A stretch of DNA of 32,000 bases from an uncultured Chloroflexia bacterium (GTDB lineage Bacteria > Chloroflexota > Ktedonobacteria > Ktedonobacterales > JADMIN01), in contig CAVRAI010000015.1 in assembly GCA_963718915.1 (NCBI GenBank), positions 450,001-482,000 of the forward strand, given 5' to 3'. A program made the translations under genes and the position numbers. Of the stretch, positions 25,714-32,000 are shown piece after piece. The notes under the pieces were generated by a model that made no database searches, was not told the origin of the DNA, and saw only the letters and a program-made list of their open reading frames with translations. Numbering within the stretch: the stretch's first letter is position 1; each line of letters opens with the position of its first letter.

Positions 25714-26364
25714 ATGACAATAGACCGTATTAGCTCCGACCGCCGCACGGAGATTCTGGAGGCGGCGATTCGGGTATTGGCGCGCGACGGACTGGCCCAG
25801 GCCAGCACGCGCAAGTTGGCCGCCGAGGCGGGCATCAATCAGGCGACGCTGCTCTATCACGTCGGCAGCAAGGATGAGCTCCTGCTGGCGGTATTGCAGG
25901 AGATGATGCGCCAGACGCGCGAGATTGCCGTTGCCGCCGCCAAGGAAGATTTGCCGCTGCGCGAGGCCATCGCGAACAGCCTGCGCGCCTTCTGGCGCCA
26001 TGTCGAGGCGACACCTGAGCTTCAGGTGATGCAGTATGAGCTGACACTCTACGCGCTACGCAATCCGAACGCTGCCTGGCTGGCGCGCGAGCAGTACCGC
26101 GGCTACTGCGAGGTGGTCGAGGGCGTCTTGCGCGCCGCGTGCGAACGGCAGGGAATAACCTGCGCGATTCCGCTGAATGCCCTCGCGCGCTTCATCGTCG
26201 GGGGGCTGGATGGCCTGATCTTGCAATTCGTGAGCGACCAGAACATCGCCCGCGCCCGCTGTGACCTCGAATCGCTTCTCGCCGCCGTCATCGCCCTCGC
26301 CGAAGGTAGCGCCCCGGTGGATGAGATGGCGCCGCCGCCCTCGTCGGAGGCAACCCATGCATGA
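25714..26364 (+). CDS. TetR/AcrR family transcriptional regulator
   Basis: MTIDRISSDRRTEILEAAIRVLARDGLAQASTRKLAAEAGINQATLLYHVGSKDELL is a TetR HTH. Its stop overlaps the start of the next gene by 8 nt. Confidence 0.88.
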   Translation: MTIDRISSDRRTEILEAAIRVLARDGLAQASTRKLAAEAGINQATLLYHVGSKDELLLAVLQEMMRQTREIAVAAAKEDLPLREAIANSLRAFWRHVEATPELQVMQYELTLYALRNPNAAWLAREQYRGYCEVVEGVLRAACERQGITCAIPLNALARFIVGGLDGLILQFVSDQNIARARCDLESLLAAVIALAEGSAPVDEMAPPPSSEATHA

Positions 26365-27637
26365 CGAACTTTCCGGCTCGGCCCAGCCGATTACCGCGCC
26401 GACGGCCGATACGCTGAAGGCGCCCCGCGCCACAGTCATCAAGGCCACTGCGCGCGATTATAGCTACTATCGCAAGGCGTTCGCCGGGCATGCGATGCCG
26501 TTCGCCTGGCTCGATCTCGATCTGCTGGATGAGAATATTCGCGCGATTCTGGGCCGCGCCGGAAGCAAAAACGTGCGCATCGCCTCGAAGTCGGTGCGCA
26601 GCGTGGCGGTGTTGCGGCGCATCCTGGCGGCCAGCCCGGTCTTTCGCGGGCTGATGTGCTTTACGGCACGTGAGGCTGCCTGGCTGGCGGGTCAGGGATT
26701 CGACGATCTGCTGATGGGCTACCCCTCCTGGCATCGCGACGATCTGGCGGCGGTGGCGCGGGCGACGGCGGATGGCGCGCATATCACGTTGATGGTGGAT
26801 AGCGTCGCGCATGTCGCGCAGGCCGAGTCGGTCGCGCGCGAGTACAACGTGCGGCTACCGCTCTGCCTGGAGGTCGATATGACGTTGGCGATACCAGGCC
26901 TCCACTTCGGCGTCTGGCGCTCGCCCCTCCAAGACGCCGACCGTGCGCGTCCCGTGCTGGAGCGTATCGCCCGATCGGAGCAGGTCTTCCTCGACGGCAT
27001 TATGGGCTACGAGGCGCAGGTGGCGGGCGTCGGTGACAACTATCCCGGCCAGTTTGCCAAGAATACGCTGGTGCGTCGTCTGAAGGGCCGTTCGGTGCGG
27101 CTGGATGCCGAGCGCCGGGCGGCGGTGGTGGCGCTGGCGGAGTCGCTCTGCGGCCCGCTACGCTTCGTCAACGGTGGCGGCACTGGCAGTATGGCAACCA
27201 CGCGGCAGGAGACTGCCGTCACCGAGATCACCGTCGGGTCGGGATTTTATAGCCCCGCGCTCTTCGACAATTACCGCGACTTCCACTTTCGCCCTGCGGC
27301 GGGCTATGCCATCGAGATTGTGCGCATCCCGGCGCCGGGTATCTACACCTGTCTCGGCGGCGGCTATAGCGCGTCGGGTGGCGCGGGCAAAGACCGCCTG
27401 CCCTCGGTCTATCAACCAGCGGGCGCGCGACTCGATGCGTTGGAGGGTGCGGGCGAGGTGCAGACGCCAATCCACTATCGCGGACCAGAGCGGCTCTCGC
27501 TCGGCGATCCCATTCTGATGCGTCATGCCAAGGCGGGCGAACTCTGCGAGCGCTTCGCCCATCTCGCCTGCATTCAGCAGGGCGCGATTGTGGATGAGGC
27601 GCCGACCTATCGCGGCGACGGCCAGTGTTTTCTCTGA
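26357..27637 (+). CDS. PLP-dependent fold-type III enzyme (alanine-racemase-N-like; amino-acid deaminase/aldolase family)
   Basis: LDLDLLDENIRAILGRAGSKNVRIASKSVRS (the Lys-containing strand typical of alanine racemase / D-Thr aldolase / D-Ser dehydratase-like barrels), GIMGYEAQVAG, VNGGGTGS, and a C-terminal beta domain. Family assigned by resemblance only. Confidence 0.75.
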   Translation: MHDELSGSAQPITAPTADTLKAPRATVIKATARDYSYYRKAFAGHAMPFAWLDLDLLDENIRAILGRAGSKNVRIASKSVRSVAVLRRILAASPVFRGLMCFTAREAAWLAGQGFDDLLMGYPSWHRDDLAAVARATADGAHITLMVDSVAHVAQAESVAREYNVRLPLCLEVDMTLAIPGLHFGVWRSPLQDADRARPVLERIARSEQVFLDGIMGYEAQVAGVGDNYPGQFAKNTLVRRLKGRSVRLDAERRAAVVALAESLCGPLRFVNGGGTGSMATTRQETAVTEITVGSGFYSPALFDNYRDFHFRPAAGYAIEIVRIPAPGIYTCLGGGYSASGGAGKDRLPSVYQPAGARLDALEGAGEVQTPIHYRGPERLSLGDPILMRHAKAGELCERFAHLACIQQGAIVDEAPTYRGDGQCFL

Positions 27638-27649
27638 CGGGGGTATCTC

Positions 27650-29026
27650 ATGGCAACGCATAAAAGCGCCAGCAAACCGACGCGCTGGCATAACTGGTCG
27701 GACTCCGTCCGTGGGACGCCGCGGGCGGTCTATCTGCCGCGCGGCATCGATGAGCTGGCGCAGACGATGGGCCGCTACAGCCGCGAGGGACGCCACGTGC
27801 GCGTCGTCGGCGATGGACACTCCTTCACGCCACTGGCGCAGACCGACGACGTACTCGTCTCGCTGGATAACATGCAGGGTATCATCGCGATTGATGTGGA
27901 GCAGGGAACCGCGCGTGTCCAGGCAGGCACGCGGCTCAGGCTGCTGGGCGACCAGTTGCTGAAACGCGGGCTGGCGCAGGAAAATCTCGGCGATATCGAT
28001 GTGCAGAGCATCGCGGGCGCCATCAGCACCGGGACGCACGGTACGGGCATCCGCTTCGGCTCCATCGCGACGCAGGTGGTCGGATTGACGCTGGTGACGG
28101 CCAGCGGCGAGGTCATCCACTGCTCAGAGACCGAACGCCCCGATATCTTCAAGGCGGCTCAGGTCTCGCTCGGCGCGCTTGGTGTGATTGCCGAAGTGAC
28201 GCTGCGGGTCGTGCCCGCGAAACAATTGCGCTTCGTCAGTCGGCGCGAGCGGGTGGATGATGTGCTGGCCAACCTCGAACGCTACAAGCGGGAGAACAGC
28301 CACTTCGAGTTCTTCTGGATGCCCTATACGCCCTGGGCGCAGGTGAAGTTCCTCAACGAGACCGACGATCCGCCCTCGAAGGCCAATCTCTTCGGCACGC
28401 TCAACAAGATTGTGCTGGAGAACGGCCTCTATTGGGTCTTGTCGGAGACGGCCCGCATCGCGCGCCCGACCACGCGGACGATCAGCCGCGTCTCGGCGCT
28501 GGGCATCGCATCTGTCTCAGAGACGGACTACAGCCACCGCCTCTTCGCCACGCCGCGCGCGGTGAAGTTCCAGGAGATGGAGTATAACATCCCGGCCGCA
28601 GACTTCCCGGCGGTGCTCGCGGAAATTCGCGCGGTGATGAAGCGGGAGAAGTTCAACGTCCATTTCCCCATCGAGTGCCGCTTTGTGCATAGCGACGATA
28701 TCTGGCTCAGCCCCGCCTACGGACGCGAGTCGGCCTACATTGCCATTCACATGTACAAGGGCATGCCGTATGAGCGCTACTTCCGCGCCATCGAGCCGAT
28801 CTATCAGCCGTATGGTGGGCGCCCGCACTGGGGCAAGATGCACACGCTCGACGCGGCGACGCTCGCCACGCGCTATCCCCACTGGGACGACTTCCGCCGG
28901 GTGCGGGCGGCGCTCGACCCGAACGGTGTCTTTCTGAACGACTACCTGCGCCGATTGCTTGACGCCGATACGCTGGTAGCGCCCGCGATGGGCATACCAA
29001 CCAGCGAAAGCTCACCCACACTGTAA
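27650..29026 (+). CDS. FAD-binding oxidase of the sugar-1,4-lactone oxidase family (L-gulono-/D-arabinono-lactone oxidase-like)
   Basis: HNWSDSVRGTPRAVYLPRGIDEL...VRVVGDGHSFTP (FAD_binding_4 N-terminus), GAISTGTHGTG, and a C-terminal ALO-type region with GGRPHWGK. Confidence 0.85.
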   Translation: MATHKSASKPTRWHNWSDSVRGTPRAVYLPRGIDELAQTMGRYSREGRHVRVVGDGHSFTPLAQTDDVLVSLDNMQGIIAIDVEQGTARVQAGTRLRLLGDQLLKRGLAQENLGDIDVQSIAGAISTGTHGTGIRFGSIATQVVGLTLVTASGEVIHCSETERPDIFKAAQVSLGALGVIAEVTLRVVPAKQLRFVSRRERVDDVLANLERYKRENSHFEFFWMPYTPWAQVKFLNETDDPPSKANLFGTLNKIVLENGLYWVLSETARIARPTTRTISRVSALGIASVSETDYSHRLFATPRAVKFQEMEYNIPAADFPAVLAEIRAVMKREKFNVHFPIECRFVHSDDIWLSPAYGRESAYIAIHMYKGMPYERYFRAIEPIYQPYGGRPHWGKMHTLDAATLATRYPHWDDFRRVRAALDPNGVFLNDYLRRLLDADTLVAPAMGIPTSESSPTL

Positions 29027-29071
29027 GTCGCATTCAGTGTGCATTGCAAAAGCTAATGAGGAGACCTGCCG

Positions 29072-30484
29072 ATGAGCGAAATCCTGTCCACAGCGCAGCC
29101 GACAACACCCGCGACACCGACGGGCGGCGGACTTCGCCGCAACAATCTGGGCCTGCCCAATGCGATTGTCATCTCTGTGGCGGTGATGTCTCCCGCCGCC
29201 TCGATCTTCTTCAATACCCCTCCGACCGCAAAGCTGGTTGGCGCCGCGCTTCCCCTCTGCTATGTCATCGCCTTTGTGGTAGCGCTGCTAGTCGCCAACC
29301 AGTACAGCGAGTTTTCGCGCGAATTGCCTTCCAGCGGCTCCGCGTATACGTTCGTCACCGAGGGACTTGGCTCGCGCTGGGGCTTTCTCACCGCGTGGAT
29401 TGGTCTGGCGGCGCTGGCGCTGGGGGTGCCCTATTCGTTCATCGTGATGAGCGCGAACCTTCAGACACTGCTCTTGCGCTATGCTGGTGTGAATATCCCA
29501 TGGCCTGTCTTCTTCGTCGTCGCGATTGGGCTGATCTTCGCGCTCTGCTACTGGGGCATCCGCGAATCCCTGCGCATTGATATGACATTCCTGACTTTCG
29601 AGATCGGTGTCTGCCTGGTGCTGGCGGCAATCATCCTGTTTCATGTTGGCTCGACCAGCGGTCTGCCGCTCTCGCCCTTCACTACTGCTGGCGTCCCAGC
29701 TAATGGCGACCTCTCAATTGGTATCGTGCTCTCCGTCCTCAGCTTCATTGGTTTCGAGACAGCGGCGGCGCTCGGCGAGGAGACGCGCGATCCGCATCGA
29801 AGCATCCCACGCGCAATCTTCGGCTCGATGATTGTCGTGGGAGTTTTTTACGTCCTGATGGTCTATGCCGCGACCGTCGGCTACGGCCCCGAACAGATGG
29901 CGACGGGCTTTGGCAATAACGCCGCGCCATTCGATACGCTCGGGCGCGCGTTTGGCGGGCCAACCTTTGCGTTGCTGATCGATGTCGTCGGCATCGCCTC
30001 GTTCTTCGGCGCCGCGCTGGCGATTGTTAATGGTGGCGCTCGCATTCTCTTCGCCGCCAGCCGCGAGGGCGCGCTGCCTCGCTGGCTCGCATGGACGCAC
30101 CCGACGCGCGGCACGCCGGTCGCGGGCGTGGCCATGCTCTGCGGCATCGGGCTGGTCACAGGGTTGGTGCTTGGGTTGTTCCTGTCGCCATTCGATGCCT
30201 TCGCCTTCCTGGGCACGATTGACGCGATTCTTGTCCTGCTGATCTATGTCCTGGTGAATATCGCCTGCATTCTCTTCTTCGCGCGTAAACGTCGGGCGCA
30301 GTTCAGCCTGCTGCGCCACGGCATCATCCCGGCGCTGGGGCTGCTTATCACCGCTGGCATTGTCGCTGCGGCAATGGCCTCGCCTGCAACCGGGGCGTTG
30401 AGCTATATCCCGATCATTGTCGCGGTCTGGCTGGCGCTGGGGCTGCTCCTGCTGCTCATTACAAAGGGCAAACTGGCGAGATAA
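29072..30484 (+). CDS. APC-superfamily amino acid/polyamine permease
   Basis: 470 aa, about 12 TM helices, with motifs typical of APC permeases (YSEFSRELPSSGSAYTF, FIGFETAAALGEETRDP). GAGGAG lies 8 nt before the ATG. Confidence 0.88.
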   Translation: MSEILSTAQPTTPATPTGGGLRRNNLGLPNAIVISVAVMSPAASIFFNTPPTAKLVGAALPLCYVIAFVVALLVANQYSEFSRELPSSGSAYTFVTEGLGSRWGFLTAWIGLAALALGVPYSFIVMSANLQTLLLRYAGVNIPWPVFFVVAIGLIFALCYWGIRESLRIDMTFLTFEIGVCLVLAAIILFHVGSTSGLPLSPFTTAGVPANGDLSIGIVLSVLSFIGFETAAALGEETRDPHRSIPRAIFGSMIVVGVFYVLMVYAATVGYGPEQMATGFGNNAAPFDTLGRAFGGPTFALLIDVVGIASFFGAALAIVNGGARILFAASREGALPRWLAWTHPTRGTPVAGVAMLCGIGLVTGLVLGLFLSPFDAFAFLGTIDAILVLLIYVLVNIACILFFARKRRAQFSLLRHGIIPALGLLITAGIVAAAMASPATGALSYIPIIVAVWLALGLLLLLITKGKLAR

Positions 30485-30542
30485 CGTCCGCTGAGCGAGT
30501 CGTTCGCGCCGTGTTATCATGACGGTGGGATGCGCTCTCTTG

Positions 30543-30610
30543 AGTCCGCGTAGGCGGACTTTGTGGCCGAACGCTTGTGAGGTCATTCAGGCGCGGTTTT
30601 AACCGCCAGC
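30543..30610. repeat. dispersed intergenic repeat, family 2, copy 2
   Basis: AGTCCGCGTAGGCGGACTTTGTGGC...TTCAGGCGCGGTTTTAACCGCCAGC. Compare 5636-5702. Confidence 0.6.
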
Positions 30611-30633
30611 GCCGCGAAGGTGGTTCACTACCC

Positions 30634-32000
30634 ATGGCGACGGACGAGAAAACCTCCACGATGCGGCACGCCGAGGTAGGCATCGTCGGCGCGGGGCTGG
30701 CCGGGCTGATGGCGGCGCGCCAGCTTGTGGCGGCTGGCGTCTCCGTCTGTGTGCTGGAGGCGCGCGACCGTGTTGGTGGCCGCACCTGGACACGTCCCGC
30801 CAGCGACGGCACGCTGATCGATCTCGGCGGCCAGTGGATCGGCCCGACGCAACAGCGGATGTATCGGCTGGCGACGGAACTGGGCGCGGAGACGTTCAAG
30901 ACCTGGGATATCGGCAACAACGTCCAGTATCACGCGGGCGAGCGGCTCGTCTATTCCGGCGCAATCCCGACGGCGGACCGACTGGTGGCGGGCGATGTGA
31001 TGGAGGCGATGCTCAACCTCAATATGATGGCGATGCAGGTTCCGCCCGACGCCCCCTGGACCGCGCCCGAGGCGGCGACATGGGACGCGCAGACGTTTGC
31101 CACCTGGCTCGATGCCAATGTCACGACTCCCGGCGCGCATGCCTTGCTCGAGCTGGCGATTCAGGCGGTCTTCTCCGCCGAGCCGCGCGATCTCTCGCTG
31201 CTCCATGTGCTCTTCTATATCCGCTCCGCTGGCGGGCTGGTAGATCTCATCGGCGTGACGGGCGGCGCGCAGGAGACGCGCTTCATCACGGGTGCGCAGA
31301 CCATCGCGAATCGGCTGGCCGAGGCGTTGGGCGAGCGTGTTATCCTCAACGCGCCGGTGCATCGTATCAGTCAGGATGCTAGCGGCGCGCGTATCGAATC
31401 TGATGCGGTAACCCTCACCTGTGATCGAGTCATCGTGGCCCTGCCGCCGACGCTGGCCGGACGCCTGCGCTACCGTCCGGCGCTGCCCGGCCTGCGCGAT
31501 CAACTGACGCAGCGGATGCCGATGGGCACGGTCATCAAGGTTCATTGTGTCTATCCGACGCCGTTCTGGCGCGACGAGGGGCTGACAGGCCAGGCATCGA
31601 GCGACACAGGCGCGGTGCGAGTAACCTTCGACAACTCGCCGCCAGATGTCCGCCGTGGGGTCTTGCTTGGCTTCATCGAGGGCGACGAGGGGCGTCTCTG
31701 GGGCCAGCGTAGCCTCGAAGAGCGGCGCCGCGCCGTGCTGGAGTCTCTCGTCCGCTACTTCGGCGAGCAGGCGGGCCAGCCGCAGGACTACATCGAACAG
31801 TCATGGGCGGAGGAAGAGTACACACGCGGCTGCTATGCGGGCTACATGCCGCCCGGCGTCTGGAGCATGTATGGCACAGCGCTCCGTACGCCGAATGGGC
31901 GCATCCACTGGGCCGGAACCGAGACAGCCACCGTCTGGAACGGCTACATGGAGGGCGCGGTGCAGTCAGGCGAGCGCGCCGCCGCTGAGGTATTAGCGGC
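30634..32000 (+). CDS. flavin-containing amine oxidase (monoamine/putrescine-oxidase-like), 3' end beyond the window
   Basis: Own frame-1 translation, open from ATG 30634 to the window end: MATDEKTSTMRHAEVGIVGAGLAGLMAARQLVAAGVSVCVLEARDRVGGRTWT...GRIHWAGTETATVWNGYMEGAVQSGERAA. This shows the GxGxxG dinucleotide fold and the conserved C-terminal FAD segment. It is missing from the ORF track because it has no stop in the window; the track shows only an antisense shadow ORF (30628-31545). Confidence 0.88.
   Translation, partial: MATDEKTSTMRHAEVGIVGAGLAGLMAARQLVAAGVSVCVLEARDRVGGRTWTRPASDGTLIDLGGQWIGPTQQRMYRLATELGAETFKTWDIGNNVQYHAGERLVYSGAIPTADRLVAGDVMEAMLNLNMMAMQVPPDAPWTAPEAATWDAQTFATWLDANVTTPGAHALLELAIQAVFSAEPRDLSLLHVLFYIRSAGGLVDLIGVTGGAQETRFITGAQTIANRLAEALGERVILNAPVHRISQDASGARIESDAVTLTCDRVIVALPPTLAGRLRYRPALPGLRDQLTQRMPMGTVIKVHCVYPTPFWRDEGLTGQASSDTGAVRVTFDNSPPDVRRGVLLGFIEGDEGRLWGQRSLEERRRAVLESLVRYFGEQAGQPQDYIEQSWAEEEYTRGCYAGYMPPGVWSMYGTALRTPNGRIHWAGTETATVWNGYMEGAVQSGERAAAEVLA

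Noticed and set aside
1350-31545. Other long antisense ORFs (for example 1350-2216, 2934-3704, 4341-4940, 4906-5604, 18309-18875, 24100-24705, 27158-28120, 29714-30586, 30628-31545)
   Set aside because: Each lies opposite a gene with clear family motifs, and their translations are low-complexity Arg/Pro/Gly-rich. ORF 30628-31545 is antisense to the amine oxidase, which the track omits because it lacks a stop in the window.

Overview
High-GC (about 60-65% by eye) bacterial chromosomal window. The mix of a T-box leader, sigma-54, an LLM-type oxidoreductase and characteristic hairpin repeats suggests Chloroflexota, but that is a low-confidence inference. All calls rest on reading the ORF-track translations and the raw sequence; no searches or calculations were run.

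Gene content, left to right:
- A minus-strand gene running off the left edge, encoding a low-complexity basic then Pro/Glu-rich N-terminus. It is absent from the ORF track because it has no stop in the window.
- A canonical T-box attenuator with an AUC (Ile) specifier, driving an AlaX-type editing protein translationally coupled to ileS.
- nrdR, then an MMPL transporter.
- tRNA-Arg(CCT), followed by a decayed transposase relic and a 6.6 kb block: ClC channel with four CBS motifs, TetR, LLM oxidoreductase and M20 peptidase. The block ends at a degenerate copy of the tRNA 3' half, so it is probably an old tRNA-integrated island.
- Two lineage-specific envelope proteins, an FTR1 iron permease, a GAF histidine kinase with a NarL-type regulator, and rpoN carrying a Cys4 insertion.
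- A phosphotransferase-family gene.
- A TetR-headed cluster: PLP fold-type III enzyme, gulonolactone-oxidase-like flavoenzyme, APC permease and flavin amine oxidase. The amine oxidase runs off the right edge.

Cross-cutting observations:
- Five conserved genes or segments (alaX-like, ileS twice, MMPL, phosphotransferase) are broken by what looks like one extra base each, always in the same direction. Insertion-type sequence error is the most economical reading, but pseudogenisation cannot be excluded.
- Two families of hairpin-forming intergenic repeats recur.
- Several perfect palindromes sit where operators would be expected.

I found no CRISPR array, no recognisable defence or toxin system, and no intact mobile element. 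Nothing here clearly amounts to a new multi-gene system; the most unusual items are listed as findings with modest interest scores.
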